A stretch of DNA of 64,000 nt from Acidimicrobiia bacterium (GTDB lineage: Bacteria > Actinomycetota > Acidimicrobiia > Spongiisociales > ZC4RG35), in NCBI GenBank assembly GCA_050742015.1, contig JBOGEV010000281.1:6141-70140 (forward strand), given 5' to 3'. The notes below the pieces were generated by a model, which made no database searches, was not told where the DNA came from, and saw only the letters and a program-made list of their open reading frames with translations. Positions within the stretch are counted from its first letter, which is position 1, and the number at the start of each line of letters is the position of its first letter. The position numbers and the translations under genes were made by a program. Positions 43,052-52,527 of the stretch are shown here, piece by piece.

Positions 43052-44820
43052 TGGAGACCGTTTCGATGAATCGAGACGAGCACACATTCACCCGCAACAC
43101 CGATGCGATGACCGTGGACTATCAGGTGCCGGTCGAGATGAGCGACGGCACGGTGCTGCGGGCGGACGTGTTCTCCCCTCTCGAGGAGGGCGAGTACCCG
43201 GTAATCCTCAGCCACGGCGTCTACGCCAAGGGACTGGCGTTCAGCGGGCCGATCTACCGGATGCAATGGGAGAAGCTCCTGGCCAAGGACCCCACCGTGC
43301 TGGAGGGCTCCACCAACCGCTATCAGGCGTGGGAGGTGACCGACCCCGAGCGCTGGGTCCCCAACGGCTATCTGGTCGCACGCATCGACTCCCGTGGCGC
43401 CGGCTGGTCCCCCGGTGTCCTCTGGCCCCGCAACCCGCTCGAGTATGAGGACATGGCTGAGTCGGTGGAGTGGGCGGCGTCCCTGCCCTGGAGCAATGGC
43501 AAGGTCGGAATCATGGGCATTTCCTACTACGCGGTGATGGGATGGGCTGCGGCCGAGCGCCAGCCGGAGCATCTGGCCGCGCTCATTGCCTGGGAGGGCT
43601 TCACCGACCCCTACCGCGACGCCTATTTCCACGGGGGGATCCTCAGCGAGTTCACCAAGAAGTGGCAGGAGCGTCAGATCAACCCGATTCAGCACGGCCA
43701 GGGAGAACGGGCTCCCGTCGATCCCAATACCGGTCAATCGGTGGCCGGGCCGGTCACCCTGTCCGAGGAGGAGCTGGCCGAGAATCGGATCGAGTCGTTC
43801 CCGGAGATCAAGGCCCACCCTCTCTACGACCAATGGCATCGAGAGCGGGGAATCGACCTGGCCAAGGTCGAGGTGCCTCTCCTCTCCGCCGCCAACTGGG
43901 GCGGCCAAGGAATCCACCCCCGGGGCAACTTCAACGGCTTCGTCCACTCGTCGTCGGAGCACAAGTGGCTCGAAGCCCACGGTGACACCCACTGGACCCA
44001 TTTCTACTCCGGGTACGGGCGCGATCTGCAGAAGCGCTTCTTCGATCACTTCCTCAAGGGCGAGGACAACGGATTCGACCGGACTCCGAGGGTGCAGCTC
44101 AACATCCGCCGACCCGGGGAGCAGTTCGAGTGGCGGGGCGAGGAGGAGTGGCCTCTGGCCCGCACCCAGTGGACCGAATACCACCTGAGCCCGACCTCCA
44201 CCCTCGACACCACGCCCCCGACAGTGGCGGGCACCCTGAGCTATGAGGCGCTGGGCGAAGGTCTGTCCTTCTCCACTGCCCCCTTCCCCGAAGACGTCGA
44301 GATCACCGGGCCGATGGCCGCCAGGATCTTCGTCTCGTCGACGACCACCGACGCCGACCTGTTCCTCATCCTCCAACTCTTCGACCCCGACGGGTTGGAG
44401 GTCACCTTCGAAGGCTCGACCGATCCCAACACTCCCATCGCCAACGGCTGGCTGCGGGCCTCTCATCGGGCCCTGGACCCGGAGCGGAGCCGACCCTGGC
44501 AGCCCTACCACCCCCATGACCGAGTCGATCCGCTCGTGCCCGGCGAGATCTACCCCCTGGACATCGAGATCGTCCCCTCCTGCGTGGTGGTCCCCGCCGG
44601 ATACCGGCTGGCGCTTTGGGTTCGGGGCAAGGACTACGAGTACCGCGGTCCCTTGGACGAATACGGCAAGGACTTCTACTACGCCACCCGGGGGACCGGG
44701 GGAATGACCCACACCGATCCCGACGACCGGCCCGCCGAGGTCTTCGGCGGCGAGGTGACGGTCCATCTCGGCCCCGATCACCCTTCCCACCTCCTGCTCC
44801 CTGTCATACCCCCTCGATGA
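43051..44820 (+). CDS. CocE/NonD family hydrolase (S15 X-Pro dipeptidyl-peptidase fold)
   Basis: ORF 43003..44820. ATG 43051 overlaps the previous TGA by 1 nt. It has VEMSDGTVLRADVFSP, DSRGAGWSPG, GISYYA and a C-terminal jelly-roll domain. Confidence 0.85.
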   Translation: METVSMNRDEHTFTRNTDAMTVDYQVPVEMSDGTVLRADVFSPLEEGEYPVILSHGVYAKGLAFSGPIYRMQWEKLLAKDPTVLEGSTNRYQAWEVTDPERWVPNGYLVARIDSRGAGWSPGVLWPRNPLEYEDMAESVEWAASLPWSNGKVGIMGISYYAVMGWAAAERQPEHLAALIAWEGFTDPYRDAYFHGGILSEFTKKWQERQINPIQHGQGERAPVDPNTGQSVAGPVTLSEEELAENRIESFPEIKAHPLYDQWHRERGIDLAKVEVPLLSAANWGGQGIHPRGNFNGFVHSSSEHKWLEAHGDTHWTHFYSGYGRDLQKRFFDHFLKGEDNGFDRTPRVQLNIRRPGEQFEWRGEEEWPLARTQWTEYHLSPTSTLDTTPPTVAGTLSYEALGEGLSFSTAPFPEDVEITGPMAARIFVSSTTTDADLFLILQLFDPDGLEVTFEGSTDPNTPIANGWLRASHRALDPERSRPWQPYHPHDRVDPLVPGEIYPLDIEIVPSCVVVPAGYRLALWVRGKDYEYRGPLDEYGKDFYYATRGTGGMTHTDPDDRPAEVFGGEVTVHLGPDHPSHLLLPVIPPR

Positions 44821-44833
44821 GAAAGGACCTGAC

Positions 44834-46423
44834 ATGACCCAGACCGCCGACTTCGTGGTGGCCGGCGCCGGTCACAACAGTCTCATCACCGCTGCCTACC
44901 TGGCCCGTGCCGGATACGAGGTGATCGTGCTCGACGCCCGCGCCGAGGCGGGCGGGGGCGCCGCCACCGAGGAGCTGTTGCTGCCGGGGTATCACCACGA
45001 CAGCTGCTCGACGGGCCACACCCTCATCCTGGTCAACCCGGTCCTGAGCCGGGACGAGCTCGGCCTGATCTCCGATTACGGGCTGACCTACATCGATCCC
45101 GACCCGGTCGCCAACCTCACCTTCCCCGACGGCGAGAACCTCACCATGTGGCTCGACCTGGATCGGACCCTGGATGAGATCCGCAGGTTCTCCCCTACCG
45201 ACGCCGAGACCTACCGGCGGATGCTCGACGAGTTCGAGGACGTGAAGGGGATCTACGGGGCCAACCGGTTCGTACCCCTCGGCTACGGGCCCTCCCTCGA
45301 TGAGGCCCTGGCCGAGCATCCCCGCGGCTCCACCTGGCGGCGACGCAACGTGTTGTCGGCCTGGGACGTGATCAGACGGGAGTTCGAGAGCCGACACATC
45401 CAGGCCTTCATGTCCTGGATGGCAATCCAGACTCTCCAGCCCATCGACTCGCCCGGGTCGGGCTACCTTGCCTATTCGCTCGTGGGCGGTCGGCAGAGAC
45501 GAAGCTGGTCGATGCCACGCGGCGGCTCGGGAGAGCTGGCCAAGGCTCTCGTCGCTGCGATCGAGGCCCAGAACGGGACCGTTGTCACGAACACCCTGGT
45601 CACCTCCCTCATCACCGAGAACGGGCGGTGTGTCGGAGTGGAGACCGAATCTGGCGAGCAGTACCGCGCCCGCACCGGGGTGGTGTCCACGATTCACGTC
45701 AAGAGCCTGGTCGACATGGCGCCGCCCGACCTGTGGGGAGAGGACTTCCTCTACGGGATCGACACCTACGACGAAGGTATCTCGTGCTTCGCCTCCTTCT
45801 ACTGCACCACCGAGCCCCCGGTGTACAACGGGACCGAGGCGGTCAGCGTGGTCTCGGCGGGCTCCGCTCCCTGGCCGGAAGACCTGATCGAGTTCACTGA
45901 TGGAGTGCGTCGGGGTCGGCTCCACCGGCCCGGGACCTTCCTCCTCTTCGCCACCCCGAGCGTGGCCGACCCGACCCGTGCCCCGGAAGGTGGTCACACG
46001 CTGAAGATCCTGAGCATGGCCCCATATCAGCCCCCGGACGGGCACACCGACTGGGACGAGTTCAAGGATGAACTCGCCGCCGAGCACTTCGCCGCATTGC
46101 AGAGATGCGCCCCGAACATGACCGACGCCAAGGTGCTCGACCGGCTCGCTCGCAGCCCGGTCGACATCGAGCGGGCCAACCCCCATATGTGGCACGGGAC
46201 GATGCATGGGGGGGACCGGGGGCTTGCATTTGGCGGCGCCCAGAGACCGGTTCCGGGTTGGGCCCAGCACCGGATGCCCATTCCCGGGCTGTATCAGACC
46301 GGGGCAACCACCCATCCCGGAGGGTCGATCACCGGGGCGCCGGGGCGCAATGCTGCCATCGTCATCCTCGACGATCTCGGGATGAAGCTGGATGAGGTGG
46401 TCCGGGTCGGCGCTGCCGTCTGA
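44834..46423 (+). CDS. NAD(P)/FAD-dependent oxidoreductase, phytoene-desaturase (CrtI) family
   Basis: ORF of 529 aa. It has the FVVAGAGHNSLITAAYLARAGYEVIVLDA dinucleotide-binding motif and the C-terminal LYQTGATTHPGGSITGAPG. Confidence 0.85.
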   Translation: MTQTADFVVAGAGHNSLITAAYLARAGYEVIVLDARAEAGGGAATEELLLPGYHHDSCSTGHTLILVNPVLSRDELGLISDYGLTYIDPDPVANLTFPDGENLTMWLDLDRTLDEIRRFSPTDAETYRRMLDEFEDVKGIYGANRFVPLGYGPSLDEALAEHPRGSTWRRRNVLSAWDVIRREFESRHIQAFMSWMAIQTLQPIDSPGSGYLAYSLVGGRQRRSWSMPRGGSGELAKALVAAIEAQNGTVVTNTLVTSLITENGRCVGVETESGEQYRARTGVVSTIHVKSLVDMAPPDLWGEDFLYGIDTYDEGISCFASFYCTTEPPVYNGTEAVSVVSAGSAPWPEDLIEFTDGVRRGRLHRPGTFLLFATPSVADPTRAPEGGHTLKILSMAPYQPPDGHTDWDEFKDELAAEHFAALQRCAPNMTDAKVLDRLARSPVDIERANPHMWHGTMHGGDRGLAFGGAQRPVPGWAQHRMPIPGLYQTGATTHPGGSITGAPGRNAAIVILDDLGMKLDEVVRVGAAV

Positions 46424-46438
46424 ACGGCTGGGCGGCTT

Positions 46439-46450
46439 GCAATCGATTTC
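46439..46450. promoter_or_regulatory. LacI-type operator candidate GCAATCGATTTC
   Basis: Lies in the 64-bp gap upstream of 46488. It differs at one position from the perfect palindrome at 55320-55331. Confidence 0.5.
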
Positions 46451-46487
46451 GCTATCGTCGGCATCACCCGGCCGATGAGGTGACCGA

Positions 46488-47621
46488 ATGACCCTGGATC
46501 TTGCTTTCGCCCCCAACGAGGACCCGTTCGTCGTGGCCCACGGCGGCTTCTACCGTCGCTGGTTCTCCATGATCGACGATGTCGCCGAGTTGGAGGACAC
46601 CGTCGCCAAGTTGCAGGGAACAACTCAGGACCTGTGGGTGCCGGTTTGGCATGAGGTGGGGAAACGTCACGAGGACGAGGGCGACAAGCTGGAGGCAGGG
46701 GGTGACTTCGAGGGGTCACGTCGGGCCTTTCTCCAGGCCAAGACCTACTACGCCATCGGCCGCTTCCCCGGCGAGGTGAGCCCTGTCAAGCGTCAGATCA
46801 GCGACGACTGCGCACGCGCCTATCGCAAGGCCTGTGCCCATCTCGACCCCCCCGTCGAGATCGTGGACTTCGAGCATCAGGGTAAGACGATCCGTGCCCA
46901 TTTCCGGTCGCCGGTCTCGGACACGCCGGTTGCGGCGGTGCTCGTCATGTGCGGGGCCGACGTGTTCAAAGAGGACCGGGGCTGGGCCCAGGAACTGTGC
47001 ATCGACAATGGCATGGCCTCCCTGGTGATGGACGGGCCGGCGTCGGGAGAGAACCCGTTCCCCTGGTCTCCGGAATCGGTGTCGGCCTGGGAGGCGGCAG
47101 TCGACTATCTGGCGGGCCGCCCTGAGGTGGACGGACAGCGTGTCGGCGCCTTCGGGATCAGCCGGGGCGGGTACTCGGTGATGCAGCTTGCCGGGGTTGC
47201 CCCCGAGAAGCTCAAGGCGGTGGTGGCCAACGCCGGTCACCCGTTCGGATATGTGATGCCCGATGACGAGTTGGCGGAGTTCGTCAGGGTGCGCAACGAA
47301 CGGGCCACATGGCGGTTCGGAGCGCCCGATGACCCGCCTTCGTTCGAGGGCACGAGCGTGGAGAAGGAGAGGGCCGACTTCAAGGCCTGGGCACTGTCCG
47401 AGCAGGGCATCCTCGACAACATCACGATGCCGGTGCTGATGATCAACGGCAAACTCGACCATCTGGCCCCGATCGGCAACATCTACTTCATGCTCGAGAC
47501 CGGGCCTGCCACCGGCAAGGAGGCCCGGGTCTATGCCGACGCCGGGCACTGCGCCTTCAAGTACTACGACCATTGGGCCCCCTCCAGCTTCACCTGGTTG
47601 GCGGAGAAGCTCGGCGCCTGA
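46488..47621 (+). CDS. Alpha/beta hydrolase, FrsA-like (paralogue 2)
   Basis: ORF of 377 aa. Its architecture matches 41948..43051: a helical cap (WHEVGKRHEDEGDKLEAGG...YYAIGRF), GISRGG, and NGKLDH...DAGHC. Confidence 0.75.
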   Translation: MTLDLAFAPNEDPFVVAHGGFYRRWFSMIDDVAELEDTVAKLQGTTQDLWVPVWHEVGKRHEDEGDKLEAGGDFEGSRRAFLQAKTYYAIGRFPGEVSPVKRQISDDCARAYRKACAHLDPPVEIVDFEHQGKTIRAHFRSPVSDTPVAAVLVMCGADVFKEDRGWAQELCIDNGMASLVMDGPASGENPFPWSPESVSAWEAAVDYLAGRPEVDGQRVGAFGISRGGYSVMQLAGVAPEKLKAVVANAGHPFGYVMPDDELAEFVRVRNERATWRFGAPDDPPSFEGTSVEKERADFKAWALSEQGILDNITMPVLMINGKLDHLAPIGNIYFMLETGPATGKEARVYADAGHCAFKYYDHWAPSSFTWLAEKLGA

Positions 47622-47624
47622 GAT

Positions 47625-47665
47625 CGTTTCTCCCCCGGAAGGGGGAGTACCGGGGAGGGGGGAAG
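47625..47665 (+). repeat. Copy C of the dispersed hairpin repeat (between convergent genes)
   Basis: CGTTTCTCCCCCggaaGGGGGAGTACCGGGGAGGGGGGAAG, with a perfect 7-bp stem CTCCCCC/GGGGGAG. Confidence 0.55.
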
Positions 47666-47675
47666 CAGTGCCGGC

Positions 47676-48686
47676 TCAGCCGATCGCGGCGAGGATGCGG
47701 GCGACGTTGCCCCCGATGATCATGGCCCGTTGCTCGTCGGTGAGACCGGGGATGGAGCCGACTGTCGCCACCGGCTCCGGGTCGCCCATCTCGAAGGGGT
47801 AGTCGCTGCCCAAGACCACCTGCTCCACACCTGCCCACTCAACCAGGTACTCGAGGGCCCGTGGGGAGTGGAGGACGGTGTCGTAGTAGAGCCGCCGGGC
47901 CAAATCTTCTGGCGGGATCGTGATGTGCTCCGCCGTCATGTGGGGCACCGCGTCGAACCCGCGCTGCATCCGGCCGACCTGATAGGGGATGAAGCCACCG
48001 CCGTGCACCACACAGACGACCAGATCCGGGTGACGCTCGATGACCCCGCTGAAGAGCAGGTGAGCCACGGCGATGGTGCTCTCGGTGGGCCGCCCGACCA
48101 TGTTGTCGAGGAAGTTGCGCTTCAGGTCGACCCCGGGCAAGGGGTTGCATGGGTGGATCAGGACCAGGCAGTGCAGGGCGGCAGCCGCCTCCCAGAACGG
48201 GTCCAGACCGGCCTGGTCCAGGTCGACGCCATCGACGGTGGTGGCGATCTCGACTCCGACCAACCCGAGCTCCTCGACGGCGAAACCCAGCTCCTCGGCA
48301 GCCAGGTCGGGGCTTTGCAGGGGGACGGTCCCGAGACCGAGTAGGCGGCCGGGGTGCCGGGACGTCTCTTCGGCGATGATCTGGTTGAACCGCCGGGAGT
48401 AGGACGCACCCATCTCCGGCTGCAGGGCGTACGCGGTGAGATCGACCCAGCTCGAGATGATCTGGGTGTCCACGCCCGTGGCGTCCATCGCGGCCAGCCT
48501 GGCGTCCATGTCGCCCAGGATCGCCCGGAAAGGAGGCAGCCGCACCCGGCCGTCGAGGAGTGCCGACTCACCTTTCTCGTCCGTGATCACCTCGATGCCG
48601 AAGCGGTGCCCGTCGGCCCGCAGCAGATCGATCAACGCCTCCGGGATGAAATGGGCATGCACGTCATAGGTGGGAGTGGAGCTCAC
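47676..48686 (-). CDS. Amidohydrolase-2 family protein (ACMSD-like metal-dependent hydrolase/decarboxylase)
   Basis: ORF 47676..48833. GTG 48686 overlaps the upstream stop (GTGA). It has YDVHAHFIPE (HxH), VLIHP and VVHGGG...DYPFE. Confidence 0.8.
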   Translation of the reverse strand: MSSTPTYDVHAHFIPEALIDLLRADGHRFGIEVITDEKGESALLDGRVRLPPFRAILGDMDARLAAMDATGVDTQIISSWVDLTAYALQPEMGASYSRRFNQIIAEETSRHPGRLLGLGTVPLQSPDLAAEELGFAVEELGLVGVEIATTVDGVDLDQAGLDPFWEAAAALHCLVLIHPCNPLPGVDLKRNFLDNMVGRPTESTIAVAHLLFSGVIERHPDLVVCVVHGGGFIPYQVGRMQRGFDAVPHMTAEHITIPPEDLARRLYYDTVLHSPRALEYLVEWAGVEQVVLGSDYPFEMGDPEPVATVGSIPGLTDEQRAMIIGGNVARILAAIG

Positions 48687-49849
48687 CAGGCAGCCCTCGT
48701 CATCCGGGTGTCCAGCTCGGGCTCCGCAACCAGGATGTAGACCCCACCGTTGATCCTGTCGGTGACGTAGACGGTGTGGTCCTCGGCGACGAAGACGTCG
48801 TTGATCTGACAGGCGACCTGGCCGGGCGGGCATTCCGGTATCCAGTAGGCGATCTCGACGGGTTGATCTGGGTCGGCCAGATCGAAGACCCGCAGCCCGG
48901 CATTGAAGTAGGTGACGAACATGATCTCCTGGCTGCGGTAGCTCTTCGGGCGGTTCTCGTGCAGGCAGTGCGATCCGAAGCGGAGCCCCCGGTCGCAGAA
49001 GTCCCCCTCGGGGACGGGGCAGATGGAGCGCACGAAGGGTGAGGTCTCATCCGAGATGTCGACCACGCGCATCATGTGGGCCGGGCCGTCGCAGCCGTCG
49101 GTGAGCGCCTCGTCGGTGACCACGACCAGATTGCGGTCGGGTAGGGGCAGACAGGTATGGGTATGACCGCCGATCTCCCAGCCGAGCCGTGAGATCGTGG
49201 TCGGGTTGGACAGGTCGGAGATGTCGAGGATCGCCATGCCGCTATCCCACAGGCCCAGATAGGCGCGGTCCCCGTGGACCATCGCATGATGCACCAGGCG
49301 GTCCTCGCCCGGGTCCCAGTCCGGTGTCTCCCCACCGCCCACCCACATCCCAGGCCACCACCAGCGGCCCACTTCGACGGGGTCGCTCGGGTCGGAGAGG
49401 TCGACGATGAGCCAGATCCGGCCGGTGAAGCCCTCAGGCGTCGCCGAGACATAGGCATAACGCCCCCCTTCGTACACGATCCGGTGAACGCCCCTCCCTC
49501 CGGTGTCGAAGAACCCGATCCGCCGGGGCTCGAAGGGATCGGACAACTCGTAGATGGCCACCCCGACCGGGGCCGGCCCATCGCTGCGAAAGAGCTCGTG
49601 ATTGACCAGGAGCAGGCCGTCGGCGATCTGCACCTTGTGGGTGTGGGAGCCCGGCGGAGCCTCCCACTGCCGCACGATCTTCGGCGAGGTCGGATCGGAT
49701 ATGTCGAGGATCGAGGTTCCCATCCCACTCGGGCCGAAGTGGCCGACGTAGAGGACCTCGCCGAACGGCATCACCTGCATCCCGTCGCCAAAACCGCCCA
49801 GATCGGAGTGCCCGATCAGGGTGAAACCACTGGAATCTTCGGGGTGCAA
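48683..49849 (-). CDS. LVIVD-repeat beta-propeller protein
   Basis: ORF 48683..49930. It has repeated motifs of the type ILDISDPTSP, IYELSDPFEP, IVDLSDPSDP, ILDISDLSNP, VVDISDETSP and VFDLADPDQP. I tentatively placed the start at TTG 49849, after GGAGGG. The maximal ORF would run into the operator at 49927. Confidence 0.7.
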   Translation of the reverse strand: MHPEDSSGFTLIGHSDLGGFGDGMQVMPFGEVLYVGHFGPSGMGTSILDISDPTSPKIVRQWEAPPGSHTHKVQIADGLLLVNHELFRSDGPAPVGVAIYELSDPFEPRRIGFFDTGGRGVHRIVYEGGRYAYVSATPEGFTGRIWLIVDLSDPSDPVEVGRWWWPGMWVGGGETPDWDPGEDRLVHHAMVHGDRAYLGLWDSGMAILDISDLSNPTTISRLGWEIGGHTHTCLPLPDRNLVVVTDEALTDGCDGPAHMMRVVDISDETSPFVRSICPVPEGDFCDRGLRFGSHCLHENRPKSYRSQEIMFVTYFNAGLRVFDLADPDQPVEIAYWIPECPPGQVACQINDVFVAEDHTVYVTDRINGGVYILVAEPELDTRMTRAAW

Positions 49850-49926
49850 CGTCCCTCCGCTACCTACAGGGCCGGTCTCGCCGTGGGGGAGACATGGCCG
49901 GCCATTGAGCCGAATCGATGGTTGGC

Positions 49927-49938
49927 ACAATCGTTTGT
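49927..49938. promoter_or_regulatory. LacI-type operator candidate ACAATCGTTTGT
   Basis: Lies 3 nt before the MFS ATG 49942, in the divergent gap with the LVIVD/amidohydrolase pair. Confidence 0.6.
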
Positions 49939-49941
49939 AGC

Positions 49942-51156
49942 ATGCCGCCGACCATCATGCGAGATTACCTCGAGCGCCTGCGCGCCACCGGGGGCCTGCT
50001 CGAGCCGGGTGTGTTGGGGATGGCGGTCCTGATCATCACCTCATTGGGGTTCTTCAGAGTGGCCCTGCTCCCTGAGTTCGGGCGCGAGTTGTCGATGTCC
50101 ACCTTTCAACTCGGTGCCGTCACCACCGTGTTCGCGGTCGGCCGGCTGACGGCGGACCTGCCGGGAGGCCATCTGGCAGACAGGTTCCCGGCGCGAGCGA
50201 TCATGGCCGTGACCGCGGCGACCGTGGCGGTCTCCAGCCTCCTCTTCGGGCTCTCGGTGGCCCTGGCCACCCTGTACGCGGCGGCGCTTCTGGCGGGTCT
50301 GGCCTCGGCGACGACCAACGCCACCGGTATGACCTATTTCTCCCACATCGGCGGCACCACCTCGAGGGGCACGTCGATGGCGGTCTTCTCCGCCGCCCTT
50401 CTCGGAGGCCAGGCCCTCGGGCCGGCGGTCGCCGGTCTGCTGGCATCGGCCTGGGACTGGCGGGTCGCCATGTTCATCGCCGCCGTGGTGGCCGCCGCAC
50501 TCTCCGTCTCGTTGGCCTTGACGACCGCCGGCAAGCCGTCCTCGAACCGGATGAGGGAAGCTCCTGCCAGCACCCGTATCGACGGCTTCGGGACAAGGGT
50601 GGGATCGATGGTCGTGTTGCAGAGTGTCTCGTTCGCGATGTTCCTCACCCTCGGCGCAGTGCCCCAGACCCTGGTACCCATCGTCGGGTCCGAGGAGCTC
50701 GGCCTGGGTGCCGCGGCCATCGGTCTCGCCCTCGGGTTGGGCGGGATCTCCCGCTTCGTCGGGACGCTGGTGGGTGGCCGAATGTCGGACTTGCGGTCGC
50801 GGAAGTCGGCCCTCGTCCCGGGCCTTCTGGTCCAGGCGTTGGGCGTGTCGCTCCTCGCCTTCCCGCCGTCCTTGGCCCTCTGGCTGGCCGCGATCGTGAT
50901 CATGTCGGTGGGAAGCTTCGCGGTGCCGGTTGCAGCCACCATCGTCGGCGACCTGTCCGACCCGGCCCGGGTCGGCCGCCAACTCGGCCGGTTCCGCTTC
51001 GTCGGGGACATCGGCCTGATCGTTGGTCCGATCACGGTCGGCGCCCTATATGACGGCGTGGGACGGGAAGCCGCCTTCCTCTCGGTTGCCGGGTTGCTCA
51101 CGATCGTCGGCCTGGTCGCTCTGCGTCTCCTCCCCGAGACCCGAGCCGGTGCGTGA
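49942..51156 (+). CDS. MFS transporter
   Basis: ORF 49918..51156; I placed the start at ATG 49942 (MPPTIMRDYL). It has 12 TM-like segments and the loop motif GRLTADLPGGHLADRF. Confidence 0.8.
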   Translation: MPPTIMRDYLERLRATGGLLEPGVLGMAVLIITSLGFFRVALLPEFGRELSMSTFQLGAVTTVFAVGRLTADLPGGHLADRFPARAIMAVTAATVAVSSLLFGLSVALATLYAAALLAGLASATTNATGMTYFSHIGGTTSRGTSMAVFSAALLGGQALGPAVAGLLASAWDWRVAMFIAAVVAAALSVSLALTTAGKPSSNRMREAPASTRIDGFGTRVGSMVVLQSVSFAMFLTLGAVPQTLVPIVGSEELGLGAAAIGLALGLGGISRFVGTLVGGRMSDLRSRKSALVPGLLVQALGVSLLAFPPSLALWLAAIVIMSVGSFAVPVAATIVGDLSDPARVGRQLGRFRFVGDIGLIVGPITVGALYDGVGREAAFLSVAGLLTIVGLVALRLLPETRAGA

Positions 51157-51316
51157 CCGGCCGCGAGCGATCTCGGCTGGATTCGATCCACAGCTGAGCG
51201 AGGAGGCTCACACAATGGCCGGACTGATGATGCCGATCAGTGCCGCTGAAGCGATGATCCTCGAGGGGCGGTCTGTTGGTAAGACGGGGCCGGGTACCCT
51301 CCGCCAACCCATCAGC

Positions 51317-51328
51317 TCAAACGACTGC
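51317..51328. promoter_or_regulatory. LacI-type operator candidate TCAAACGACTGC (weaker)
   Basis: Lies 14 nt before ATG 51343. It has two deviations from the consensus. Confidence 0.4.
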
Positions 51329-51342
51329 AGGATCACCGCCCC

Positions 51343-52500
51343 ATGACCGCTGAATCGATCTACCTCAGGTTCTCCGACCTCGAGCACGAGCGCCGACGGA
51401 GTGCAGTGCGGTCGATGATGTCGGAGCAGGGTCTCGACGCCCTGGTGGTGTTCGGGTGGTCGGCCATGGGTCGGGCGGTGCAGGCCGACGTCCACTACCT
51501 GTCGGGCTATCTGGGCATGCGAGACAACTACGTCGTGTTCCCCGCCGATGGCGAGCCGGTGCTCTTCGCCCAGAGCTACAACCACGTCCCCAACGCCTCG
51601 ATGGTGTCGGTCATCGAGACCAGGTGGGGCGGGACCGACCCTGGCGCGACCATCGCCGACGAGCTGCGACGGTCCGGCGCCCGCTCGGTGGGAGTGGTGG
51701 GGATGATGCCCTATCAGCATCACGACTCGATGCGGGCCGCCCACCCCGACGCCGCGTTCCGCGACGTCACGCGTGCCTTTCGCATGTTGCGGGTGAGCAA
51801 GAGTGCCGAGGAGTTGGAGTGGCTGCGACTCGGCGCCGAGCACACCGACCGTGCCCTCGTTGCACTCGAGCACGAGGTGAAGCCCGGAATGCGGGAATAC
51901 GAGCTGGCGGAGATCATCGAGCACTCGTATCTTGGGCAGGGCGGGCTGACGGGCTTCTACTACCTGGCGACCACACCCATGGCCGACCCCGAGCGATGTG
52001 TTCCGGCCCAGGTGTTGTCGAATCGGTTGATCGAGCCCGGCGACGTGCTCACCACCGAAATCAGCATCTCACACGGGGGGTATGCCGGCCAGGGACTTCG
52101 CACCTACACGGTGGCCTCCGATCCCGACACAAGGATCGCCGAAATGGGGGCCGTCGCGATAGAGGTCTACCACCGGGTGGCGGCTGCCATCCGACCCGGT
52201 GCCACCCATGAGGCGGTTTGGGAGGCCTCGGATCTCATCGCCACCAGTGGCTTCACGATCCGGGACGGCCTGGTCCACGGGTTCGGGATCGGTCTCCTGC
52301 CGCCCTCGCTGCGAACCCGAGAGGCGACCCACGACGTGGACGAATGGGTGTTCGAGGAGAACCAGACCCTGGTGATCCAACCCAACGTCATCACGCTCGA
52401 CGAGAAGGTCGGGGTCCAGGTGGGCGACCTCTGTGTCGTGACCGCGGAAGGCGCCCGGTCGTTGCACAGTCTGCCGATAGAACTGGTGCGGGCGGGCTGA
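51343..52500 (+). CDS. M24-fold creatinase / Xaa-Pro peptidase-like protein lacking the acidic metal ligands (paralogue 1)
   Basis: ORF of 385 aa with a creatinase-type N-domain plus a pita-bread domain. It reads GDVLTTEISISHGGYAGQGLRT (Glu and Gln where M24 peptidases have Asp/Asp), VHGFGIG (His kept), VIQPNV and VQVGD. Confidence 0.8.
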   Translation: MTAESIYLRFSDLEHERRRSAVRSMMSEQGLDALVVFGWSAMGRAVQADVHYLSGYLGMRDNYVVFPADGEPVLFAQSYNHVPNASMVSVIETRWGGTDPGATIADELRRSGARSVGVVGMMPYQHHDSMRAAHPDAAFRDVTRAFRMLRVSKSAEELEWLRLGAEHTDRALVALEHEVKPGMREYELAEIIEHSYLGQGGLTGFYYLATTPMADPERCVPAQVLSNRLIEPGDVLTTEISISHGGYAGQGLRTYTVASDPDTRIAEMGAVAIEVYHRVAAAIRPGATHEAVWEASDLIATSGFTIRDGLVHGFGIGLLPPSLRTREATHDVDEWVFEENQTLVIQPNVITLDEKVGVQVGDLCVVTAEGARSLHSLPIELVRAG

Positions 52501-52527
52501 ACCGAATTCGGACCGACAGGTCGCGAC

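Noticed and set aside
42772-44835. 687-aa minus-strand ORF, the longest unexplained ORF in the track. Similar long antisense ORFs:
- 44804..46516 (570 aa)
- 37237..38727
- 5497..6774
- 6790..7965
- 11831..13009
- 14360..15478
- 15494..16810
- 16979..18208
- 19274..20425
- 23221..24426
- 59358..60611
- 304..1098
   Set aside because: Each lies antisense to a gene with clear family motifs. Their translations are Arg/Gly/Pro/Asp-rich low-complexity strings with no motifs. This is the usual shadow-ORF effect of high GC3 coding DNA.
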